Shown piece after piece: positions 1 to 7,735 of a stretch of 18,692 nucleotides of DNA (position 1 is its first letter; every line of letters starts with the position of its first letter). The position numbers and the translations under genes are program-made. Source of the stretch: an uncultured Lentisphaeraceae bacterium (GTDB lineage: Bacteria > Verrucomicrobiota > Kiritimatiellia > RFP12 > UBA1067); assembly GCA_964643945.1 (NCBI GenBank), contig CAZXVN010000184.1, positions 1 to 18,692 on the forward strand, in the 5' to 3' direction. The notes below the pieces were generated by a model. It saw only the letters and a program-made list of their open reading frames with translations. It was not told the origin of the DNA and did not search any database.

Positions 1-1391
1 ACCTCGTACTTGCCCACCCACAACTTGAGCGACGCCACCCAAACGAACTCCATGCCCGTTGACGGCGACGCCCACGGCTCACCCTCTGCCGGCCCACTGT
101 TTCTCACCTTGGCTGCGCTGGCCAAAGCCGCCGCGTCCGCCCTTTCCTTCGCCAGCCGCGCAGCCGCCTGCCGCTCCGCATCAGCCTTCTCCCGCTGTGC
201 CGCGAACAGCCTCGCCGCCTGCTCATTCCGGCTTCGGGCTTCTGTCTCCTGTCTCCTGTATTCTCCATACGTCCTATACGTCCCGTAAGCCAGCGCGACC
301 GCCGCAACCGCCGCCAGCCCCAGCGCCCACGCCTTCTTCTGACTCCTGACTCCCGGCTTCTGACTTCTGTCTCCCGCCAGCGCCGCCACGAAAGCGGAGC
401 AGTCGGCGAACCTCTCCCCCGGCTCCTTCGCCAGACCCCGCAGCAGCGCCGCGTTCTGCGCCTTGGTCAAAACCCCCAGGCTGTCCGGCTTCTTGTTCTC
501 CGCCGCATTGGCCATGATCACCGCATCGCCGGTGTCGAACGCGCTCGCGAACGGCACCGCGCCGCTGACCAGCTCGTAGAACAGCGCGCCCAGCGCGTAC
601 TGGTCCGCGCGCCCGTCCTGCTTCTTTCCTACCCACTGCTCCGGCGCCATGTACGGCCGCGTGCCGCTCGTGTCGCCCTTCTCCTGGCTCACCCGGCTCA
701 TGCTCGACCGGATCTCCGCCGCCAGCCCGAAGTCCAGCATCTGGACGGACAACCCCGTTCCCCTTCCGTCCCCGCTCCCCGTTCTGTCTTCTGACTTCTG
801 TCTTCTGACTTCTGTCTCTCGCGTTTCGACCATCACGTTCGAAGGCTTCACGTCCCGGTGTGCCACCCTCATGCCGTGCGCGTAGTCCAGCGCCTCCGCG
901 ACCTGCCGGCACACCTCCAGCGCCTGCGCCACCGGCACCTTGCCTTCGGAAAACTGCTTGCGCCACTTGGAGAGCGTAACCCCCGGCGCGTACGCCATCA
1001 CCATCAGGTAGTAGCCCGGCAGCACCCGCAGCGCCTGACGCACCCGCTCGTCGGCATACCGCGTCTCCTTGGCCTGATGCAGGTGCAAAGCGGCCGCGAT
1101 ATGCGGGTGGTGCAGCTTGGAGACCAGCGCGAAATTCTCCCGGATGCGCTCCAGCTCCTCGGCGTTGTTCCTCACCAAAGGCGGCAGCCCCTTCACCGCC
1201 ACCTCGATGCCCGCCACCGTGTCCCGCGCCAGGTACACCGTGCCGAACCCGCCGCCGCCCAGCTCGCGCAGCAGCTCGTACTGGTCGATGCAGCCCAGCG
1301 GAGCGCCTTCGCGGCCTGAGGTTTTCACGTCGCCCATACTCACCGGCCCGGCCCGGCGCATCGTCTCTTGATCAAAATCTTTTTCGCTCAT
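1..1391 (-). CDS. Hanks-type Ser/Thr protein kinase with TM segment and start of a C-terminal FGE-sulfatase (formylglycine-generating-enzyme-like) domain; partial, the 3' end runs off the window start
   Basis: My own translation gives an uninterrupted minus-strand frame from the ATG at 1391-1389 (RBS AAAGGAG 7 nt upstream) to position 1. It is absent from the ORF track only because no stop lies in the window. Motifs seen: LGGGGFGTVY, AVK, HRDVKPSNV, DFGLA, YMAPEQW, then TM segment WALGLAAVAAVALAY, then GMEFVWVASLKLWVGKYEV. It is a nucleotide-level paralogue of 8023-10128 (compare 400-680 with 9150-9420). It contains three in-frame heptamer-repeat insertions. Confidence 0.8.
   Translation of the reverse strand, partial: MSEKDFDQETMRRAGPVSMGDVKTSGREGAPLGCIDQYELLRELGGGGFGTVYLARDTVAGIEVAVKGLPPLVRNNAEELERIRENFALVSKLHHPHIAAALHLHQAKETRYADERVRQALRVLPGYYLMVMAYAPGVTLSKWRKQFSEGKVPVAQALEVCRQVAEALDYAHGMRVAHRDVKPSNVMVETRETEVRRQKSEDRTGSGDGRGTGLSVQMLDFGLAAEIRSSMSRVSQEKGDTSGTRPYMAPEQWVGKKQDGRADQYALGALFYELVSGAVPFASAFDTGDAVIMANAAENKKPDSLGVLTKAQNAALLRGLAKEPGERFADCSAFVAALAGDRSQKPGVRSQKKAWALGLAAVAAVALAYGTYRTYGEYRRQETEARSRNEQAARLFAAQREKADAERQAAARLAKERADAAALASAAKVRNSGPAEGEPWASPSTGMEFVWVASLKLWVGKYE
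233..267 (+). repeat. heptamer array (TYCTGWC)n, degenerate, lying in-frame in kinase 1-1391
   Basis: ttctgtc tcctgtc tcctgta ttctcc; encodes GEYRRQETEA in the kinase. Confidence 0.6.
334..378 (+). repeat. heptamer array (TYCTGWC)n lying in-frame in kinase 1-1391
   Basis: ttctgac tcctgac tcccggc ttctgac ttctgtc tcccgcc; encodes DRSQKPGVRSQKK. Confidence 0.7.
782..818 (+). repeat. heptamer array, 5 units, in-frame inside the kinase catalytic core
   Basis: ttctgtc ttctgac ttctgtc ttctgac ttctgtc; encodes ETRETEVRRQKSEDR between HRDVKPSNV and DFG. Confidence 0.8.
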
Positions 1392-1555
1392 GCGATTGCT
1401 CCTTTACATCACATCGAATGGAGCCTCGAAAGCGGGACTGCCACGATCTTCTCGGCCAGGTGGCGGATGCGCTCCATGAGCAAAAAACAATCGCCGGTCA
1501 CAGGCTCCTTCTCACGCGAATGCCCGCCTGTTTGTGGAGCGTTGGTCGTCCCGCC

Positions 1556-2014
1556 TCACTGCTTCACCTGCGCCGACGGCGAATTGGTGCCAGGGGCGGA
1601 CCACCCGGCCGTCTTGGCCTTGATGTGCTGCCACGCGCCGGAACCGGCAAGAACAATCTCTTCCCGCAGTTGCCGCGCCTTTTCGGTCGCGCGCTCCATC
1701 GCGGTCGGCTCCGGCGGCGGCTGAGGCAGCAGGTCGCCGTAGCCGGCATTGATCAGCGCGCGGCTGAGTTCGTGCCTCGCCACGGCGTCTTCCCATTTCC
1801 AGCTGCGGATGTCGGCGCATGTGCCCGACAGGGCGACAAAGCGTTTGGGCACCACCACAAGCCCTTTTCCCGTCCGCACCAGATGGTGTCCGGAGAGCCA
1901 GACCAGCGAGCCCGCAATCACGGCCGCGCCGAGCACCGTCGTCACGCCCGCCCATATCCACATCCGCATCCGGAACGACCGGCTCCGCACCACCGAGACA
2001 AAATGCGTCCTCAT
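1556..2014 (-). CDS. hypothetical membrane-anchored protein (N-terminal TM helix, ~110 aa soluble domain)
   Basis: ATG at 2014-2012 is preceded by GGAGGTGAGC. The upstream ORF's TGA stop sits 2 nt before that ATG, suggesting translational coupling. Hydrophobic segment WIWAGVTTVLGAAVIAGSLVWL. Third codon positions are GC-rich, consistent with the other minus-strand genes. Confidence 0.55.
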   Translation of the reverse strand: MRTHFVSVVRSRSFRMRMWIWAGVTTVLGAAVIAGSLVWLSGHHLVRTGKGLVVVPKRFVALSGTCADIRSWKWEDAVARHELSRALINAGYGDLLPQPPPEPTAMERATEKARQLREEIVLAGSGAWQHIKAKTAGWSAPGTNSPSAQVKQ

Positions 2015-2016
2015 GC

Positions 2017-2358
2017 TCACCTCCCGCCGTACATCAGCCAACCGGCCACACCTGCAGCGACCAGCAACACAATCACCAGAACGATCATGCCCCAGTAGCT
2101 GCGGTGGCGGCATACGCCCGCTGGCGGCAGCGCCGAATCGATGCGCGTCCGACCGGCCCGCGCGTTGTACTCCTGCTCAAGCGTTTCTTTTCGGTTCACA
2201 AATTTCTCTCTCCCCTTCTGTCTTCTGACTCCTGTCTTCTGTCTTCTGACTTCTGACTCCTGACTCCTGTCTTCTGACTCCTGTCTCCTGACTCCTGACT
2301 TCTGTCTTCTGTCTCTCAAAACACCGCCCCCAGAATCGGCGAGCCGGTCGTGCCGCAC
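2017..2358 (-). CDS. small hypothetical membrane protein; N-terminal part is encoded by heptamer-repeat array 2216-2313 (ER/K-rich) and the C-terminus is a TM helix; start uncertain (alternative GTG at 2199 with GGGGAGAG RBS)
   Basis: ORF in the track. C-terminal MIVLVIVLLVAAGVAGWLMY. It overlaps the 3' end of gene 2316-2957 by 42 nt in another frame. Confidence 0.3.
   Translation of the reverse strand: MRHDRLADSGGGVLRDRRQKSGVRRQESEDRSQESEVRRQKTGVRRQKGREKFVNRKETLEQEYNARAGRTRIDSALPPAGVCRHRSYWGMIVLVIVLLVAAGVAGWLMYGGR
2216..2313 (+). repeat. heptamer array, 14 perfect units
   Basis: Begins 3 nt after the stop of gene 2316-2957. Confidence 0.85.
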
Positions 2359-2957
2359 TCGTTCCAGAGCCCGATCTGCAGGCCGGCGCCGCTCTCGGCG
2401 TGGTTGATCAGGCCGATCTGCAGGCCGCGCAGACGCGTCGCGACATTCCAGATGCCGCCGATCTGAATGCCATTGACCGTATCCGCCCGATTGTGGATAA
2501 ACGTTACTTGAAGGGCGAGGGGCGCGTCGCCTTTAATCCGGTTATAGAGCCCTCCCACCTGGATGCCGCTGAAATCGTTGCAGATGTTGTCGAAAAAGTT
2601 GCAACTGATGCCGGCCGCATCGCCGTTGATCTCGCCGCTCACGCCGACATCAATCCCGTAGATGTCGTTGTGCCCGGCGGGCCAACCCGGCGAGCAGGCG
2701 TTCACACGAAGACCGTAGACGTTCCACCCGCGGGAGTAAGGGATACCCCACTCCAGCACCGTAATCGCGAGCGGGGTCACAGGCCCTTCGTGAGAGGTCT
2801 GCACCGATACGCCACCCGTTGCGCCCATCGGCACCGTGCCGGGCGGCACCGTCGAAGGCGGGGCCGTCTTACCCCCCGGGTTCATGTCCGTCCCGGCTGC
2901 CGCCGCGAGGGCGAGCCCCACCGCGACGCCCGCCGTCACTATTTGTTTCATCTTCAT
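2316..2957 (-). CDS. secreted Gly-rich beta-repeat protein (signal peptide; repeated G-x-Q-I/V-G-G/L-x-N units)
   Basis: Signal peptide MKMKQIVTAGVAVGLALAAAAG; AAGGA RBS upstream. Internal repeats GIQVGGLYN, GIQIGGIWN, GLQIGLINH, GLQIGLWNE. Confidence 0.65.
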   Translation of the reverse strand: MKMKQIVTAGVAVGLALAAAAGTDMNPGGKTAPPSTVPPGTVPMGATGGVSVQTSHEGPVTPLAITVLEWGIPYSRGWNVYGLRVNACSPGWPAGHNDIYGIDVGVSGEINGDAAGISCNFFDNICNDFSGIQVGGLYNRIKGDAPLALQVTFIHNRADTVNGIQIGGIWNVATRLRGLQIGLINHAESGAGLQIGLWNECGTTGSPILGAVF

Positions 2958-2988
2958 CGTTCGTTTCCTTTTTCTCTGTCTTCACTCC

Positions 2989-3876
2989 TCACCGATGGAT
3001 ATTCAGCTCCTCAATCGTGTAAAGCCGGTTGATGATTCCGTCCGGGAAACGGTCGCGGTCATACACGATCCGGGCCTGCAACGTCCTGTTGACGTTATCC
3101 GTCGCAAGGATCGTACAGTCGTAAACCCCGGCGAGCGCGCGCACCCGTTGCGTAAACAGGGTCGGGTATTCCGAGTGAGACGAGAGGAACCAGGCGTTGG
3201 CGATCGTCACCATGCAGATCTCTGCCTTGCCGCCGACCTTCACACACGCGTCCGCCAGCCAGGGCGACACGGTTGTGGCCATCTTGTCGGCCACACTCTT
3301 CAGCGCGTCTCCTGCACCACGTCCGGGCGCGCCCTGCACGTCAAACCGGTTACGCGCCACCATGTCCGTCATCACCTGTTTCGTGATGGCGTTGAACTCC
3401 GGCGAGCGGGTAACAGTCGCATCCACATCGCCCTTATAAACCACCCGCGTACCGCGCGCGTTCAGCGGTTCGCAGGTCACGCCGAGGTCCGCATAGAGCT
3501 CGGCCGGCCCGTCATAGACCACTTTGTAGTTGGCGGCCGCCAGCGCGCCTTGCACGCCGTTGCCGAGCAGCGTCGCAACCTGCGTGGCATCCTGCCCCGC
3601 AGCCACGGGACGCACCCGCACCCGTACCTGCTCCAACACCGCCGACGCCGTGGCGATCTGGGTTTGCGCCGGACGCAGATCCACCGCCGTCGGACGCGCG
3701 CCAACCCCGGTCACCTGCACCGGCTGCGGCGTCACGATCATTCCGGGACTGGCCGTCACGGACACGCCGCCGGCCGTTGTTGCGGGATAGAGCACCGTCT
3801 TCGTTTCCACCGTCCGGCAGCCTGTCATCGCCAGCGCGAGCATGCCGGCACCTGTCACAAACATCATTTTTTTCAT
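2989..3876 (-). CDS. hypothetical lipoprotein
   Basis: Lipoprotein signal MKKMMFVTGAGMLALAMTGC (lipobox LAMTGC). 16-nt gap to the upstream gene and 31-nt gap to the downstream gene. Confidence 0.65.
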   Translation of the reverse strand: MKKMMFVTGAGMLALAMTGCRTVETKTVLYPATTAGGVSVTASPGMIVTPQPVQVTGVGARPTAVDLRPAQTQIATASAVLEQVRVRVRPVAAGQDATQVATLLGNGVQGALAAANYKVVYDGPAELYADLGVTCEPLNARGTRVVYKGDVDATVTRSPEFNAITKQVMTDMVARNRFDVQGAPGRGAGDALKSVADKMATTVSPWLADACVKVGGKAEICMVTIANAWFLSSHSEYPTLFTQRVRALAGVYDCTILATDNVNRTLQARIVYDRDRFPDGIINRLYTIEELNIHR

Positions 3877-3892
3877 GATCGCTTTCCCTTTC

Positions 3893-5110
3893 TCAGCGCA
3901 CGCGGAAAATCAGCCGCGAGGCAAACCAACACACAACGAACACAATCAACAGCAGCACGATGTTGCGCAGCGTGACCAGCGCCAAAAGCTGGTCCACCAC
4001 GTTCTCCTGCAGCACATCCGGCTTGTAAATGCCGCGTCCGCTGGCGGCCGCGACGATCGCGAAGCTGTCGTTGATGTCACGGAACTTCGCGTCGAACACG
4101 ACCTCGGTGCGGATGGCGTTGGCCTTGATTGCCGTCGCCGAGCCCGTCACCGCGCCGATCCGGTCGCCGACCGGATCAACGACCGTCACGGGCGAGGCGT
4201 CCAGCACCGACACCGCGCCGGAAAGCACCGCCACCTTATCGCTGGCCGAACCTCGCTCCCCGCCGATGTCCTGATTGATCCGCTTGAGCAGAGAGTTGCT
4301 GACCTGCCGGTTCGTACCCACACGTTCGCGCAGAAAACGGGCCATCATCCGGTCGCGCACACTGCCGTTGGGGAGGTCAAGCACGCGGATGCTTTGCTCC
4401 TTGGAAAGACAGCGCAGGAAGTTCTGGGTCATGGCCCGGCCCAATGGGCCTTCCAGCGGCAGCACCAGAATCCGGTATCCCGCCAAACGCGAGAGCACCT
4501 GGCTAGCCGCATCTTCCGCCGCCTTCTCCATGGCCATGCGCGTGTTGCGGCTGACCATCTCGTTGTCCGGGCCCGGATCGTCGTAGATGCCCTCGACCGT
4601 TCCCGCCCACAGCCGCTCCGCCGTTTCAATACTGATCAGCCGTAATGAAACCCGCACGCTCGCTTTGCCGGCCCCGTCCGTCGCGTCAATCACACGTCCG
4701 ATGATGAAGGCTTCGGCCATTTTGAAAACGCCCGTTTTCGGCAGCGTCGCGGGATCATAATCGCCGAAGTCCGTGGCGGCGTCAAAGAACCGGTCGACTT
4801 CCGTCCACTCGGCCGCCTGATCCTGATGCGTCAGAAATTCAAACTCGGAAGGCGCCTGCACCAGCCCGTTCTCGAACACCGTTGCGAACTCGTTGCCTTC
4901 GGGAATCTTCGCGTTTCCCCGCATGAGTTTGACGAACGCGATGCGTTTGACTTTCACGCGGCTGTCCGTGGTCATTTGCATGACCGCCTGGAAAGCGGCG
5001 TCCTCCGCTGCGTATGAAAGCTCCCGCGGACCAGCGGTAACCGTCTGAGCGGTTGTGAGAAACCCCACGGTGCCAAGCGCGGCAACCGCGAGACCTGTGA
5101 AACGTTTCAT
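3893..5110 (-). CDS. exported protein with N-terminal signal peptide and C-terminal TM anchor; tandem domains loosely reminiscent of a CsgG/LpoB-type fold (inference)
   Basis: The internal ATG at 5110 has a strong RBS (AAAGGAG, 7 nt spacer). The track ORF 3893-5500 extends further upstream through repeat array 5275-5351, which is unlikely to be coding. Signal peptide MKRFTGLAVAALGTVGFLTTAQTVTA; C-terminal NIVLLLIVFVVCWFASRLIF. Confidence 0.6.
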   Translation of the reverse strand: MKRFTGLAVAALGTVGFLTTAQTVTAGPRELSYAAEDAAFQAVMQMTTDSRVKVKRIAFVKLMRGNAKIPEGNEFATVFENGLVQAPSEFEFLTHQDQAAEWTEVDRFFDAATDFGDYDPATLPKTGVFKMAEAFIIGRVIDATDGAGKASVRVSLRLISIETAERLWAGTVEGIYDDPGPDNEMVSRNTRMAMEKAAEDAASQVLSRLAGYRILVLPLEGPLGRAMTQNFLRCLSKEQSIRVLDLPNGSVRDRMMARFLRERVGTNRQVSNSLLKRINQDIGGERGSASDKVAVLSGAVSVLDASPVTVVDPVGDRIGAVTGSATAIKANAIRTEVVFDAKFRDINDSFAIVAAASGRGIYKPDVLQENVVDQLLALVTLRNIVLLLIVFVVCWFASRLIFRVR

Positions 5111-5163
5111 CGTGATGCTCCTTTGTTTTGTTCCCGCCGGACACCGCCGGCGGAAAGCGTTGT

Positions 5164-5188
5164 TGAAGAAGAAGTCAGAAGAAGACAG
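5164..5188 (-). repeat. reverse-orientation heptamer copy (GWCAGRA) in the spacer; inverted partner of 5275-5351
   Basis: gaagaagaa gtcagaa gaa gacagga. Confidence 0.6.
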
Positions 5189-5231
5189 GATTCGGAATCG
5201 CCGATGCCGACTGCTTTTTTCCGTCTTGCTT

Positions 5232-6179
5232 TCATTCCGGCTCCTGACATTTAATGCCCGTCTTTTCTTTCCCCTTCTGACTTCTGTCTTCTGACTCCTG
5301 GCTTCTGTCTTCCGACTTCTGTCTCCTGTCTTCTGTCTCCTGACTTCTGTCGCCCGTCTCCCCGAACCCGGCCAGCTCGGCCGCGAAATCGCCCGTGTCC
5401 CGGTCGCGCCTGCGGCCCGCGCGGTCCAGGTCTCCCACGGCGTCCTGCACCGACTCGGCGTCGCCGGTCTTGTCCTCGATGTCGTCCGCGAGCCGGTCAA
5501 TCAGGTTCTCGTCCACCTTGCCGCGCAGGCCGTGCGCGATCAGCTCCATGAAGCGCCCCTTGACCGTGAGGATCGTCTGCTCGTTCTCCGAGAGCAGCAT
5601 GAACTCGCGCTCCAGGCTCTTGTACTGCGTCATCAGCGTCTGCAGCTCGGTCTTCAACATGCGCTGGCGGACCGGCGAGGCACCCTCGTAGGCCTTCTTC
5701 TTCGAGGCGATCACCCCGTGCAGCACCTCCATCTCGGCCGACGCCTTCTCGCGCCGCGCGCGGTTCTCGTCCAGGCCGCTGTTGAGCGAACCCAGCATCG
5801 CCTCGGGCGAACGGTCCACATGGATCTTCGCCCACAGACCCTTCACGCCCGCGCCGATCTTTCCGGCCAGAACGACAGTCTCAGCCATGGCCTTCTTCGC
5901 CAGCTCCTTCGTGGCGCTGCGGACAAGCCGCTGTTCCTCCTCGCGGTTCTCGGCCCCTGTCTCATCCTTCTGACTTCTGTCTTCTGTCTTCTGACTTCTG
6001 ACTTCTGTTCCCATAACCTTCTCCTTCCATCCGTGCTCCGGACACCGCCCGTTACCTTGATTCGCATGCAACACGCAGAACGCCGCCCCGCACCCCTTCT
6101 CCGCACAGCGCCCCCCGACCGCCCAGCGGTTCGGCAGACTTTGCTCGCATATGCAACACTGTTCGCGCTTGTCATTCAT
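5232..6179 (-). CDS. zinc-ribbon protein with ER/K-rich linker and ~190-aa coiled-coil/helical domain (possible PspA/ESCRT-III-like); C-terminus encoded by repeat array
   Basis: N-terminal CCICEQ...C...C..CPEHG zinc-ribbon motif, then a helical region (RLVRSATKELAKKAMAE ... LIDRLADDIEDKTGD). Two heptamer arrays lie in-frame (5968-6009 linker, 5275-5351 C-terminus). The duplicated promoter element is ~160 nt upstream. Confidence 0.55.
   Translation of the reverse strand: MNDKREQCCICEQSLPNRWAVGGRCAEKGCGAAFCVLHANQGNGRCPEHGWKEKVMGTEVRSQKTEDRSQKDETGAENREEEQRLVRSATKELAKKAMAETVVLAGKIGAGVKGLWAKIHVDRSPEAMLGSLNSGLDENRARREKASAEMEVLHGVIASKKKAYEGASPVRQRMLKTELQTLMTQYKSLEREFMLLSENEQTILTVKGRFMELIAHGLRGKVDENLIDRLADDIEDKTGDAESVQDAVGDLDRAGRRRDRDTGDFAAELAGFGETGDRSQETEDRRQKSEDRSQESEDRSQKGKEKTGIKCQEPE
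5275..5351 (+). repeat. heptamer array, 11 units; encodes the C-terminus of gene 5232-6179
   Basis: ttctgac ttctgtc ttctgac tcctggc ttctgtc ttccgac ttctgtc tcctgtc ttctgtc tcctgac ttctgtc. Confidence 0.85.
5968..6009 (+). repeat. heptamer array, 6 units, forming an in-frame linker in gene 5232-6179
   Basis: Encodes GTEVRSQKTEDRSQKDE. Confidence 0.8.
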
Positions 6180-6235
6180 TTAATTCGTATACAATACCGT
6201 TTCCATTCTCCAGCCTCAAGCATCCCGTCTCCAAA

Positions 6236-6326
<91 letters not shown>

Positions 6327-6346
6327 TTTTTCCCTTAAACGCCGCT

Positions 6347-6376
6347 ATCTTACGTTTTGTTTACGTCTGTTGTCAA
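6347..6376 (-). promoter_or_regulatory. sigma70-like promoter (minus strand: TTGACA, 18-nt spacer, TAAGAT), copy A of a duplicated ~50-bp element; AT-rich UP-like tract at 6381-6440
   Basis: On the minus strand the sequence reads TTGACAACAGACGTAAACAAAACGTAAGAT. It is near-identical to 15977-16006 (4 mismatches over ~52 bp). Confidence 0.5.
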
Positions 6377-6482
6377 CTGCTATTATCAATTATTTTTAAA
6401 TTATTTTATTTTATCTCTGTTACTCATTACACGAACTCGAATCTTTCGCCGCTCTCGCCCCCCCATCGGACGGGCCCGCCCC

Positions 6483-7694
6483 TCACAACGTTCCCCCGGC
6501 CTCCAGCCAATCAGGAAGATACAGACGCCGCACGCCCTCGTAATCGTCGCCCGCCTCGCGGTCGAGCGTGAGCAACACCTTCGGATAGTTGTCTTTAACC
6601 GCCAGCAGCGGCGCGGTCTCCCGCTCGACCGTCGCCTTCGTCGGCAACAGATACGCGACCTGGATATACGTCTTCTTGCCCTCGCGCTCGGCCACGAAAT
6701 CGATCTCGAGATCGCCAACCCGCCCGACAGACACACGACAGCCCCTGCGCAGAAGCTCGAGACAGACCACATTCTCGAGCACTCCCCCGATATCGTCCGC
6801 ACGGTGTCCGAGCAAGGCCGTACGCAACCCCAGATCGCCGACATAGTGCTTCTCGTTCACCTCCAGATGCCGCCGGCCCTTGATATCGTACAGCAGCACC
6901 CGGTGGGTCAGGTGCGCCTCCGCGAACCACCGCATGTAATTCAGGATGGTGTCCACCCCCACGGAAAGTTTCTGACTCTTCAGAAACGCGTTGATCCGGC
7001 TGGCGTTCGTGAGATTGCCGATGTTGTCGAAAATATACCGCCCCACCTTTTCGAGCAGGGCGTAGTTCCGCACCTGATGACGCCGCACAATGTCCTTCAG
7101 CATGATCGTGTCGTAAACGCCCGTGACAAACGGCAGGAACGTCGCCTCGGCAAGCGGCCCGAACTCGTGCAGGCCGGGCAGCCCGCCATAGCGCAAGAAG
7201 GCCCTGAACGCCTCGGCTGTTTCCGTTTTCCGCAACCCGTTGAACGCCCGGAACTCCGTAAAGGAAAGCGGGTAGACCTGCACCTCCACGAACCTTCCCG
7301 CCAGCAGCGTGGCCAGCTCGCCGGAAAGCATCCGGGCGTTCGACCCGGTGATCACCACGTCCATGTCGCGCCGCCCGGACCCGTCCGCAACGATCCGCTC
7401 CCAGCCCTCGATCTCCTGGATCTCATCCACGAAAACGTGGCAGACCCCCTTGCCTTTCGGGCACGCGGCTTTCACATGCGCCGCCAGATCATGATACGTG
7501 CGGATCGCGTCGAACGCATACGACTCCTTGTCGACGTAGACGATCCGCTCCCGCCTCACCCCGTCCGCGACCAGCTTGTCGATCAGCCGGACCAGACAGC
7601 TCTTGCCCGAACGCCGCATCCCGGTGACGACCTTCACCACCGGCTTGCCCAGAAACGGCTCGATCTGCTTCACATAGAGATTTCGCTTATACAC
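6483..7694 (-). CDS. AAA_14 / DUF4143 family ATP-binding protein
   Basis: GTG start with AAGGAG RBS 8 nt upstream. Walker A GMRRSGKS, Walker-B-like HVFVDEIQ, and the long C-terminal region typical of the DUF4143 family. Confidence 0.8.
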   Translation of the reverse strand: MYKRNLYVKQIEPFLGKPVVKVVTGMRRSGKSCLVRLIDKLVADGVRRERIVYVDKESYAFDAIRTYHDLAAHVKAACPKGKGVCHVFVDEIQEIEGWERIVADGSGRRDMDVVITGSNARMLSGELATLLAGRFVEVQVYPLSFTEFRAFNGLRKTETAEAFRAFLRYGGLPGLHEFGPLAEATFLPFVTGVYDTIMLKDIVRRHQVRNYALLEKVGRYIFDNIGNLTNASRINAFLKSQKLSVGVDTILNYMRWFAEAHLTHRVLLYDIKGRRHLEVNEKHYVGDLGLRTALLGHRADDIGGVLENVVCLELLRRGCRVSVGRVGDLEIDFVAEREGKKTYIQVAYLLPTKATVERETAPLLAVKDNYPKVLLTLDREAGDDYEGVRRLYLPDWLEAGGTL

Positions 7695-7735
7695 GACAAA
7701 AACTCCTTAATGCCGATTCCTTTTGATATGGACGA

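Noticed and set aside
274-966. Minus-strand ORFs in alternative frames inside the real genes (274-966, 9065-9685, 10356-11069, 12891-13418, 14811-15320, 5843-6175 and others)
   Set aside because: They are wrong-frame reads of the kinase, AAA and other genes (Gly/Ala/Arg-rich junk). The in-frame translations carry the conserved motifs.
2216-2313. Heptamer arrays as a CRISPR array
   Set aside because: The units are 7 nt with no unique spacers, no cas genes are present, and arrays occur inside ORFs.
6441-6482. GC-rich stretch downstream of the DUF4143 gene as a terminator
   Set aside because: There is only a short CGGGCCCG dyad and no U-tract, so a terminator cannot be supported from sequence alone.
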